From Naegleria gruberi (Eukaryota): a stretch of DNA of 64,000 nucleotides. Positions 53,872 to 64,000 of this stretch are shown piece by piece. Positions within the stretch are counted from its first letter, which is position 1, and each line of letters begins with the position of its first letter. Below the pieces are notes generated by a model. It searched no databases. It was not told the origin of the DNA and saw only the letters and a program-made list of their open reading frames with translations. Position numbers and translations under genes: made by a program. The stretch is from NCBI GenBank assembly GCA_000004985.1, contig GG738849.1; one strand, given 5' to 3'.

Positions 53872-54068
53872 TTTTTTTGAAATTCGAACATCTCTAACCT
53901 CTTAGCCTTAATTCTCTAAATGTTGTGTTAATACTCTTTGAATAATTTGGGCTGATTCAGAATATTATTATATTATTATTTATTATATATTTATTGAAAT
54001 GAGACAGACAAAAATTGAAAAATTTAGGATACAATCTAGATAACAAGTGTAGAAAAATGGAAATCCAT

Positions 54069-55162
54069 TTACTTCCACATTTGACCCAACTTCATAACTT
54101 GGTGAGTCTTTGGACACAAGTTACAGATACGTCCACAAGCCTTGTTTGGAGTCAAGACAAATTCAAACATGAGAGCAGCAAAAATAGCACCCAAGAATGG
54201 AGCAGTGTAATAAATCCAACAATGCTTATAGAATGACCAAGAAATGAGCATTGGACCCAAAGCACGAGCTGGATTCATACAAGCACCAGTTAAAGCACCA
54301 GCCATGGCATTGGCACCAAGGGCCAAACCAATGTACAAGGCAGAAACGATCTTGGCAATAGGTTCAAAGTTGACTTCCAAGAAGATCTTGCTTTCATTTT
54401 CAACCATCTTGCTTGCTTGGTGAGGAGCAGAAGCATATGATTGAGTATTCAAGTGCTTAACCTTGACGGCAGCTCCGAAAATAGTAGTGACAAACATGAA
54501 GGTCATCAAGAGTTCAGAAGTGAAACCTCTAAGAGCAGTAGTAATGTCATCATTTGGTAAAATGAAAACAGCACCATCAATACCACCAGAAATCCAAAGA
54601 GTTAATGATGATCCGACAACAGCACCCAAACATTGGGCAATCAAATACAAAATACCTGACATGATACCAATATTACGAGTAACCAAAACACAAATAGTAA
54701 CAGCTGGATTAACGTGACCACCAGAAATTGGAGCAAAGACGTGAATGACAATAATCAAACCGAAAATGTGGCCCAAAGAACCACGAATATAATCACCTGG
54801 AACTTGTGAAGAATATTGAGAACTCAAAGTACCAATAAGAACGAACTATTGCAGGTTTAGAATAAATAATGTACTAATAATTGACTACTTACCAGCATGG
54901 TACCAATAAATTCACCCAAAACAGCACGCCAATCGAAAATAATATCGGGATGGGTAAAGAATGGGACAATGTTTGATGTAATTGGGGCTTCTTCGACTGG
55001 TTCTTGTTTATCCTCTAATTCAATTTCGTTGGCAACCAAATCTTTTCTTTGTCCTCTTTCGAGTTCATCCATACTAGTCTTACTGGCACCTTTCTTTCCA
55101 GCTGGTCTGTCGTACTTTTCATCTTCATCATGAAGAGGTTCCTCATAACGGGAGGCTTTCAT
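54069..55162 (-). CDS. aquaporin/MIP-family channel
   Basis: Exons are 55162..54893 and 54845..54069, with a 47-nt GTAAGT..TAG intron at 54892..54846. Both NPA boxes are present (SGGHVNPAVT and GACMNPARALGP). The N-terminal extension is acidic. Confidence 0.85.
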
Positions 55163-55892
55163 TTTCTTTATAATTTGTTATAAAATACACAATATAAGTG
55201 ATTAACATGATGAGATAACAAAAGGTGATGACACCAATAGATGATGAAAATAAAATTTGGAGATGGATGTTGTGATCAAAAGTAATAAAGATGTTAATAA
55301 AAACAAGTCATCATTAAATAATAAATATCAAACAACAAGAATAGGATCATCACACAACAGGAGTCAACAAAAGCGCTGTAAATAGGAGTGTAACGGTAAG
55401 ATGACTTACCCTTCTTTAGCGGGTTGGTAAGGAATGTATTATTGAATTGTTTTTTTTTAATTTTACAAAATGTTGCAGACCTCTGTTTGGATAACTGGCC
55501 CTAAATAGAATGCAGACATCATAGATAATGCAAAATTTCACTTGAAAAAGTATTTTTATCATTGCTTTACAACATAATATTACAATCTTCAACTTAAATC
55601 TACTTTTGGAATGAATGCCATTCCATGTCGAACGGATACCAATGACTTTTGCTTCTTCAGCAATTAATAATTCAAATAACGTAATAGAACTAGATTAGAA
55701 ATTTCTTCTTCTTTCACCTTTAATTTAGAACAGACCCTCTCCGTGTAGTGATGTCACTTGTATCCTTATAATTTTCCTTCATTATCTCAGAGAATTGTCT
55801 TAATTGCTAAAATATTTGAAAATTAATTTTTTATTTTAAAAAGAAAAAATATTAACAATGCCTCCATACAAAGATCTTCATCGCGGACTTGA

Positions 55893-58413
55893 TTAATTCT
55901 CCACCAAGTATTCTCTGATTGTCGTATGATAACCCTTCAGTAAATGCTCAACAAACTTTTCATCTCTATTCTGTTCAATAGTATTGATGAGGTGAAGTAA
56001 CTTTTTGGAGGGAACATCCTCACCCTTCTCCATCAAATAGGTTTCTAAATAGACCTTCTTTTCCTTTAGCTCAGATAGTATATTCTCTACACTTGTATTG
56101 TTGTTGAAGAGATTGAAAATAGAGTGGTATTGGAGAATCTTTTGATTTTGATTCTTATTTTCCAACTCGTACATCCATTCTACAATATTGATTAGGAAAG
56201 ATAATAATAAGAAATGTTGATGAAAACAAAGAATACTTACCATCACCTTCAACTTTGGATTCTCTGATAATTTCGTAAATAGTTTGTGGAGTATTGTCGT
56301 GGGTTGTGTCTTTCTGATGTGAGTTGGAGGAGAATACTGAATTGTGTGGGATTATTCTGTCGACTGGTCTGACAACAAAGTGCTCATTATTTGCAGTTTG
56401 CTCGTCGACAAGGATGGATATTCTGTACAATGAAGCCAAATGGCTTAACCTTTGAGACATTTTACATGCATTGGAAATAATAGAGTAGACTCTTGAGGTT
56501 TTAGTTCCCAAGTTTCCAACGTAAGAAGAGCGAGTAGAGATTCCTATGAAGCACTCGATCTGAGTTTCGCTCAGATCTTGTTGTTGGTTGATTTGATCCA
56601 TAACTTTTCTAATTTTAAGAGCTAACTCTTGAGCTACCAAGTTGGACTTTTTCTTCTTGCTTTCTATTATTATTTGGTATTCATCTAGGGCAATAATTTG
56701 ATAATCACATTGGAAAACCTTTGCTGCTTCTGAAATACTAGTCAAAATTTTAGGGAATATACTTGAAACTGTTTCATGAGAATGATTTTTCAACAAGTTA
56801 CTCAATCTTACATTCACTACTGAGCACTCTTTGTGTGTGAGACCTAATTTAAAAAGACCACCCTTGTGATGAGTACCACTATCATTTGTTCGATTTCTGT
56901 CACTAAAACTACTGTTCAACCCAGTGCTAACCGAAATATCTGTTCCTTCTTGCTTCTTTTCTGCAATAGGTTCTTCCTCAATGTTTTGATTCTGTTGTAA
57001 TTGGAGGAATACTGATTCAGGAACAAAGGCCTTAATTTCTTTTAACCACTTAACTGTAATGGACAAGCTTGTATAGACTTGATTTAATTCATTGAACATG
57101 GAATTGGAATGTCTGACATTCTCAAGCTCGAAGATTTTGATAAATTCAAATTGGTTTCTGAGATAGGAAATTGGTTTCAAAATAATCATTGAAAGCACGA
57201 CTGAAAATGCAATACCAATAAGCGTAATCAAAACGGCAACACCAACCGAAACACCAATACTAATGTGAGTGGTTTGCAAAATATCTTGTGTTACTACAAT
57301 GACATACATATCCCATTTGATATTTTCAAATTCGTAAACAACATGTCGCACAAGATAATCAACACCATTTGAGGAAATTGAAGTACCTTTTGGTAGCTTA
57401 CTGATATCACCAATAGTTGAATTGATATCTTTCATTAACTTGCCTGCATTTCTAGCCGAAATATCAAAAATACTCAATCTTGACTTTTCATCAAATGTTG
57501 TACAATTGATACTGCCAGCTATTACATAGTCGTTTGAGCTTTCTTTGATAATTACAAAACCTTGGTCGAAGACTTGGACCTTCTTCTCAAGAAAATCACT
57601 AATACCAGAAAGTGGCTTGACAATTCTTGCAATACCTTTCAAATGTTTGGTTCCTTGAGCGAATAATTGTTGGTCATACACCTTGGCACCAAATGAAATG
57701 GACAAGGTTCCGTTTGTAACAATGTAAGGATAACTGAAAGCTCCCTCCTTCCCAATTCTAGCTGCTTCACTCACAGCAACATAGTAAAAGTCCTTCTTTG
57801 CCACATTGTAAGGAGTATAATCAATAGTTTCATTTAACACAAGAAGAGTACCATTCAACAAATAGGTATCACGAATTGAGCCAATGAAACCAGGAGGTTG
57901 ATAAGAGTAGACAATTTCCTGTTTACCTTGTTTTCCAATAATGGTATAGGAATATCTTTCTGAAGGATTTGTAAATGCATAACCAGCACTCAACCCACTC
58001 ACTTTGAAAGGAGTATAAAAGTATTTTCTAAAGTAATCAGTTGTAGCCAATCCATAATTATAGTGATCTGCCATCGTCATGCCAGTATTTTTCATTTCGT
58101 TCAAAACCGAGTCAATATAAACACTCATCTTTTCTTCAAGCAAACCAAGAACATTTTCAGTTAGTTCATCCACTGATTGATTCATCAATACAAATACAGA
58201 GACATAGATAGAAACAGAACACAACAAGACAAGCATTATCATTGAGACAATTATAAATGTCTTTAAAGAGCAACAAGTTGTTTTCTTTCCAGTGCCAAAG
58301 AAGGACCCATCATCAGAGAAAGATGCAATACTCTGGTCCTCCTTATGATTTTCTATAACACTTGCAGTGGTGGGTGTTATCTTCATGTCTTTTTTAAAAA
58401 GAATTGTTTTCAT
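55893..58413 (-). CDS. receptor-type class III nucleotidyl cyclase: extracellular sensor domain, TM, linker and cyclase-homology domain
   Basis: Exons are 58413..56241 and 56179..55893, with a 61-nt GTAAGT..TAG intron at 56240..56180. An N-terminal TM is followed by a Cache-like ectodomain of about 330 aa. A second TM (VGVAVLITLIGIAFSVVLSMIIL) and a HAMP-like linker follow. The cyclase-like region is ..VVNVRLSNL..FIGISTRSSYVGNLGTKTSRVYSIISNACKMSQRL... The first ATG is at 58413, and the ORF track starts at a GTG at 58479. Confidence 0.6.
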
Positions 58414-58594
58414 CAAATGTTTTAAAAAGTTGTAGTTTATGCACGAATCTGAACCTAAAGTCCAAAAGAACTTATGCACATTAGAATAATGCGTCTTTCG
58501 AAACTATCTCTTTCAGCACAAATAACAGCGATCTAACACTCCCACTTGGCAGAGATTTAGCTCAAGAACAAGCTGACACACAATAGGCATTGAA

Positions 58595-58608
58595 TTTTGG
58601 CGCCTTTT
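58595..58608. promoter_or_regulatory. W-run/GGCGCC/W-run motif (E2F-like site)
   Basis: TTTTGGCGCCTTTT, with GGCGCC at 58599..58604, 120-190 bp upstream of the cyclase start candidates. Confidence 0.35.
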
Positions 58609-59039
58609 TTCTGTACAATTTTAGCTAAATTGTCAGTTCAATTGATACACAACTATGCCTCGATAATCCTTTAGTATGTATCGGTGTAGTCGAGAATGTC
58701 TAAAATCACTTTTTTTGTTCTACCTCAATGATCAGGAAAGGATGGATTTTGATAAAATTTGTTTAAATTTCTTCTGAGATTGAGGAAAAGCCAATGAAAC
58801 CCATATCTAGTGTAAGTAAATTCATGCACTTTTTAGAGAAGTGAAGGCCAAGAAATAGTGTCTTCTTTTCATACGCCCAAGGAAGATGATCTATGTTATT
58901 TACAAGAAAGAATCTGACAATTATTAGATTTTGAACTCAAATTAGTTTAGAATAGGTTTAATTTTGTCTAATGAGTGGAAAAGTTGATTCCAAACAACAA
59001 CAAATGAAAAGTTTATTGAAGGAACTATTTGAATTGCGT

Positions 59040-61010
59040 TTGGTTTCTTACTTCTAAATCAAATGAAAGATCTATTGTAGGATCCAGAATGCTTTCAATC
59101 GTTGCTATGAGATATTGTGTAGATTCCAACGAGCAATCCAGCATTTTACGTTTATGGCACAACACGAACAATCAGTGGATGATTAATTTTCTCCAGAATC
59201 TTCTTTGAAGAATCCAACAAGTTGTCACTAAGCATGGAGTAATTCTTCACTTCTGAAAGAGCTTGAAGAATATCTCTCAATATTTGAATACAGAACAGAC
59301 CTGGATCAGAAAAATTATGATCGTAAAGTTGACGCTCTGAAAGAAGTTTTTCTGTGACTGTTATTATATAATCATTGCTAACGTTTTACACAAAAAATTA
59401 CTCTCAATATGTTTTACAATATTCATGGCGTCCTGATTTTCATATCTTTTTTCGGATAATTTGAAGAAAATGTTGCATTGATTTTTCATTTCTCCATGAC
59501 CATAAATTTGCCTACTTCCTTCGCAATCGATTTCAGCATTCTTAATGCCATACTTTTCTAACGTACTAATATCGAATTGTAGAATATCTTTTTTAGATTT
59601 CGAATTATTCTCAGGTGTGTGGATTAACATGTCGTCTTTAATTTGAAGGGATAGCATTTCCTGATTAAGAATATTTAAATCATCTTGTAGCATTGCCTTA
59701 AAACAAAACATATCTAAATTAAGTAATAACAAGACAGTAAACTGTTTTTTATCTCACCAAAAAAATAACAAACACCATACCCAATAATGATTGTGTTATC
59801 ACTCAACTCTGTCTCACCTTTAGAAAAAATGGAGGTTCACGACCACCCAAATATCTTTCTTGAATTGAATAGTTGGCCTCTGGCAAGGAAATGAAATTTT
59901 GAAACGATCTCAAGTTAGATGTACGATGAACTTTTTGCATACTATCTTTGATATCTTTCATGTCGAGATGTCAATTCCACCATTTTACTATAGACTTTTG
60001 ACGTTGTATCATAAAGTGTACTCCAACTCGCTCATTTTCCTTATAATCTACCTAGAATTGTATCACACAGTTATGGCATCTGTACTAGTTTTGAAACAAT
60101 TCATACCCTCTCATTCAGTCAATCAGGAAATGCTCAATGTCAACAATGTTTATCCATTTGAACACTCCATCTCAGAAAAAGTTCATCCAATGAGATACGA
60201 GTTTTTATTGTTACGGGTAGCATATACAATCAGAATTCAACATCTCAACAACGAAACCAGATCTAATCTTTAGTCAATAAAGTTGAAAACAACCATCTTG
60301 TTATGGCTTCTGCAGTTCTGTCATCTTTTAGTCTTAGTTTTTCAAAAGCATGTCCAATCTTGGCTTCGTCATCTCCATTAAAACCTATCAATGCGGCCAC
60401 AATGATTTCCAGGTCAGAACCTTCCGTATCATTGGCATCTTTTGCTCTATTTTGCTTAGTCCAACACCACTGAAGCAGTTAACAATTCTTGGATGGACTC
60501 AACTGACCATGTGGAACAAGTATCCATATCTAATTGGTGCTGTCTCATTCTGAAAATTCCTGTTTTCCTTTTTAGAGTTTGGATTTTGGAGAAAGGATTT
60601 TCTTTTTTAAAGTATTTTCGTTTGTTCTATTGATTGTTTTATATTCCTTACTTCCTTCAGATAGACCTTCTGTAGATGAACTTTCCACTTCTGGTATGAG
60701 TTTTACAACTTCTTCCCCAAGAAATCAACAGGATACTTGGACACCCAACTATCATATAAAAGCTCCATAAATTCTTTCAACCTAGATATGCTTCTTGAAA
60801 ATAAGTGTACCTGAAGGGAAGTCTCTGCCATTTTGTTTTTATTAGATGGTGTGCAATCTGTTCGATAAACTTGCCCATAAACATGGGCTTGTATTGCAAA
60901 TGCTCTTATTGTTCTTTTGGCTTGTTTTCCTCCAGGAACGTAAATAGCTAGTGTGAAATGGGTGGGTATTTCATACGTAACAGAAACTTGCTTGTTATCT
61001 CCATTTAGAA
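59040..61010 (-). other. unresolved minus-strand coding potential (one or two intron-rich orphan genes, or decayed gene fragments)
   Basis: Protein-like segments lie in shifting frames. Examples are LNGDNKQVSVTYEIPTHFTLAIYVPGGKQAKRTIRAFAIQAHVYG.., ..AKDANDTEGSDLEIIVAALIGFNGDDEAKIGHAFEKLRL.., ..ERYLGGREPPFFLK|GTGAGA.. and AMLQDDLNILNQEMLSLQIKDD... I could link some through GT-AG introns, but I could not build a complete model or recognise a family. Confidence 0.2.
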
Positions 61011-61679
61011 GCTAGACATGCCGTGGGCCATGGTAGTAGTTGTATTTTTTTTTGTGTTAAAAATACATACCAACCGTAGTCTCCTTAGTTAACAGTCTAT
61101 TACTACAGGAGTTTCAAATGATGAATTGGATGTTGAATATCAGCAAGTTTCTAATTAAATAATAATAAAACTCATTATACACAAACACTACTTCAAAGGC
61201 ACGGTCATGATTCAATAGAATTTACTGACAAAGAAACATGCTGGCACTTCATGAAACATTCAATAAGAAGATTTTCTCTCCAAACTTAATGCCAGGTTTT
61301 GAGATACTGGTGGGCTTTGAATTTAACGAAAATGATTTGCATGTTGTTTGCCTTCTTGATGTGTTTTGAAGCTAAGGGAGTAGTGCACAATTTCCTTTTT
61401 GCTTAAAATATTTACCTCAAAACGGCATGGTAACTATTGACGATGTGGAATGGGAGTCTTCTTTTCATTGAAGGACTAACCACTTTCTGCTTGCATTGTA
61501 AAATCTCTAAACCTAAAAATAACTTCAAATACAAGATTGAAACAACAAAACCTTCAAATCCAAAAATACATATTCTAATTTTAAATTCAAACCAAAAAAA
61601 ACAACTTTTTGTGTAAACCTACTCGTTAAATTGCCTCTTTTGCAAAACGAAAATATAATTAAACCTATTAATTTCAAAA

Positions 61680-63093
61680 ATGATGATTAACAATACTATT
61701 AACGCTCAAGACAATATTGCTCTCTACAAGTACAAGCAACAATTAGAACAATTGGAAAATTGCAAAGGCTTGGGAACATCTGTTATTACCTTGTTGGTTA
61801 GTTGCAAGACTTCATTGACTCAAGTTATTTCTCAAATGGATCAACGTTTGACAAAGTCTAACAATATCAAGTCGTGTATTTAACAGGAATAGTGTTCAAG
61901 TGGCTACAAGGACTGTTATATCCAGATTAAAGCTATTGAAACAGACACCTGCTAATGGTTTGGCAATTTTCTGTGGAATGGTAAATCCAGATTCTGCTCC
62001 AGGTTTATTCTCTGATGATGAATCTAGTTTGGTGGTTGATAACGGTTTAGAAGGCTCTGACAATAATGCACATGTTGATTTGAAGAAATTGTGTGTTATG
62101 ATTGAACCACCAAATCCAATTGACAGCAATCTTTACTATTGTGACGATTGTTTCCATGTTGAACAGTTGAGAAGTCAATTGCAAGAATTTAATTCTGGAA
62201 AAACTTATGGTGTAATTGTTATTACAGGTACAGGTACTTTGTATGGTACTTTACGTGGAAATACCAGTAGTATTTTACGTGAATTTTCTCATGAACTTCC
62301 AAAGAAACATTCTAAGGGAGGTCAATCTCGTGAAAGATTTGCTAGAAATAGAGAAATTGCCAAGAATGAATATCTCAAGATTATTGCAGAGAAGGCAAAT
62401 GGTTTATTCGTTTCTTCAGCTCTCAATGCTCCAACTGTTGATGCTATTATTCTTGCTGGATGTGCAGAATTGAAGAATGAATTACTTTCTCTCAAATCTG
62501 ATTGTTTAGACTATAGATTGAGAACTAGAATTTTAACTGTTGTTGATGTTGCATATGGTGGCAGACCTGGATTTTATCAAGCTATTCAACTTGCACAAAA
62601 TGAAATTCAAGATTCTAGATTCTTGGAAGAGAGTGAAACCATTCAAGAGCTATTGAATTTACTTTCCAAAGGATCCAAGGCTGTTGTTGGTTTGGAAGAA
62701 ACCATGTTTGCTATTGCAAGTGGTTGGGCTAGTAAGGTAATCTTGTGCGAAAAGCAATCATCCTTGAAGAGAGTTACACTCTCTGATGATTCTGTTCACT
62801 ATTTGGAAGAAGACAAGATTAAATTCTTATTGGAAAGAAATTCTGTCAAGGTTGCTAGAATTGAAAACCTTATTGATTATTTAGTTGACAATTACAAGAA
62901 AATTGGTATTGACAAGTTGTCTCTTGTTACTGATTGTACTAATGAGGGAAATATGTTTTTGAAGGGCTTCTCAGGTATTGGTGCTATTCTAAAGTTTGAT
63001 GTAAATGTTGCCTCTCTTCTCTCTGAGGAGAAGGATAACTTTGAAGCTTTTGAAGAGGAAGCCTACAATGAAGACTTGTCCGAATTCTACTAA
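61680..63093 (+). CDS. ETF1: divergent eRF1-family release factor encoded in two frames (frame 0 at 61680..61883, frame +1 from 61852/61882 to 63093)
   Basis: Frame 0 encodes ..GLGTSVITLL..TKSNNIKS-CI-TAA. Frame +1 encodes NRNSVQVATRTVISRLKLLKQTPANGLAIFCG..LYYCDDCFHVEQL (YxCxxxF)..LPKKHSKGGQSRERFAR (GGQ)..VDVAYGGRPGFYQAIQLA..NYKKIGIDKLSLVTDCTNEGNMFLKGFSGIGAILKF. Gapless alignment to canonical eRF1 needs exactly a +1 shift between 61875 and 61881. Confidence 0.8.
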
Positions 63094-63228
63094 ATGGATT
63101 AGAAAGTATATTAAGGATGAATTACAAATTAGATCCTTCAATTATTTGAACAACAACAAAATAAACTACAATTGTGTGAAGAATATTTTTTTGGCTTCTG
63201 CTGAATGGATAGCTATTGAGGGGTTAAG

Positions 63229-63242
63229 AAATGGCGCCATAG
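63229..63242. promoter_or_regulatory. W-run/GGCGCC motif (E2F-like site)
   Basis: AAATGGCGCCATAG, with GGCGCC at 63233..63238, about 64 bp upstream of ATG 63300. Confidence 0.35.
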
Positions 63243-63299
63243 TTAGTTAATCGTTGTATCTGTCTAAACATACAATGTCTAATAACAACTTTAAAAAAA

Positions 63300-63695
63300 A
63301 TGTCTGAAATTGTATATTCTGTTATGGAGTACTTGTTGGATGAACAATTCGGTGATGCTGTAGGTAAATTAAAAACATGATTCTAAATAATGGATGATAA
63401 GGTAGAAGAGTTCGGTAATAAGCACTGTGATATCTTTGAAATTGATGAAGAAGAACAAAAATTGGAATATACAAATGTATACAACAAATTCGTAAAGCTT
63501 TTTGAATCCAAAGTTGAAGAATTGCTTAAACAAAAGGGAGTCACACCTCAAGAATTTTATATTGAATGTAAAAGATTGTCTGAGGAAGAAAACGATCAAG
63601 AAATTGTAGAGTTCTTGTTAGCACTTTCAGATTATCAAGTATTTTACAACATGATGAAGGAAATCAAGTTGAGAAAACTAGGAAAACAACAATAA
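63300..63695 (+). CDS. BART-domain protein (ARL2BP/CFAP36-like)
   Basis: Exon 1 is 63300..63359 (MSEIVYSVMEYLLDEQFGDA). A 42-nt GTAGGT..AAG intron spans 63360..63401. Exon 2 is 63402..63695 (VEEFGNKHCDIFEIDEEEQKLEYTNVYNKFVKLFESKVEELL..EFLLALSDYQVFYNMM). The pattern is typical of the ARL2-binding BART fold. Confidence 0.6.
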
Positions 63696-63851
63696 AACCA
63701 TTGTATTTTTAATAATTTATTATCATCATTGAGTAAGGAATTAGAGTAGTACGTTTATTGAATAAATGAAAAGAAATTAAAGGAATGGTACAGAATATTC
63801 TGTAACTTCTCACTCTATCTCAAAGTTGTAGAATGTTGTTATCAAAGTCTA

Positions 63852-64000
63852 CTAAGGGACGTTTGTAACAAAATTTTCATTCATCAACCTGTCATCCCAG
63901 AGTGATATCAATGTGTCGTTGATGCAGTAATGTATGCCTTGTTGATTCCGATACTGTACAATTAGAAGTAATCAAAATTAATAGGTGTCACTTCTGATGA
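63852..64000 (-). CDS. 3' end of an unidentified gene that continues past the right edge
   Basis: The terminal exon is 63953..63852 (YRNQQGIHYCINDTLISLWDDRLMNENFVTNVP-TAG). It is preceded by a possible 38-nt GTGACA..CAG intron at 63991..63954. Confidence 0.25.

Noticed and set aside
58790-58915. A possible tiny plus-strand gene (ATGAAACCCATATCTAGT|GTAAGT..)
   Set aside because: It needs a 26-nt intron and yields only about 32 aa with no support.
61871-61886. Tiny GT..AG spans (61871..61886 at 16 nt, 61874..61886 at 13 nt) that would repair the eRF1 frame as introns
   Set aside because: They are far shorter than any other intron mapped here (38-201 nt). They would delete 4-5 residues of the conserved NIKS-RVNR segment, whereas a 1-nt shift gives a gapless alignment.
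5225-63093. HBS1 and eRF1 in the same window as a possible translation-termination/rescue gene cluster
   Set aside because: They are 53 kb apart and separated by about 35 unrelated genes on both strands, each an independent eukaryotic transcription unit. Co-occurrence is most simply chance.

Overview
This is a gene-dense, AT-rich nuclear eukaryotic window with no prokaryotic, viral or CRISPR features. I can support about 44 protein-coding loci and 2 tRNA genes, roughly one gene per 1.4 kb.

General properties seen in the sequence:
- Genes carry short GT-AG spliceosomal introns, about 25 mapped outside the ankyrin gene. Most are 38-64 nt, a few are 94-201 nt, and donors are usually GTAAGT, GTATGT or GTAGGT.
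- Start codons are typically preceded by an A-run (AAAAAAATG).
- TAA, TAG and TGA are all used as stops, so the code looks standard.
- Intergenic spacers are tiny, with as little as 1 nt between convergent stop codons and 78 bp between divergent ATGs.
- Gene content points to an aerobic, free-living protist: frataxin, small Tim, SCP2-thiolase, squalene synthase, GH47 mannosidase, aquaporin, receptor-type nucleotide cyclase, CASP, ZNF207, SF3B5, ELP5, NSE1, HBS1 and eRF1. A heterolobosean or amoeba-like lineage is my inference only, and I cannot name the species from sequence alone.

Most interesting observations:
1. The eRF1-family gene is split between two reading frames exactly after its NIKS codons. 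The break is at an in-frame AUU-UAA-C, and a +1 shift restores gapless homology. This mimics the bacterial prfB (RF2) autoregulatory frameshift, but an assembly indel is the competing explanation.
2. One ankyrin-repeat gene contains a ladder of about 10 consecutive 44-57-nt introns. These are separated by seven 3-nt microexons and one 12-nt microexon, all phase 0.
3. All five GGCGCC hexamers in the window are intergenic, flanked by A/T runs, and lie 45-190 bp upstream of ATGs. They resemble E2F sites, and one sits next to a canonical TTTCCCGCC.
4. HBS1 is either split into two genes or joined through a weak donor.
5. A TTAA-flanked inverted-repeat element with an internal 185-bp duplication sits in a divergent promoter.

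All exon models are hand-derived and need RNA evidence.
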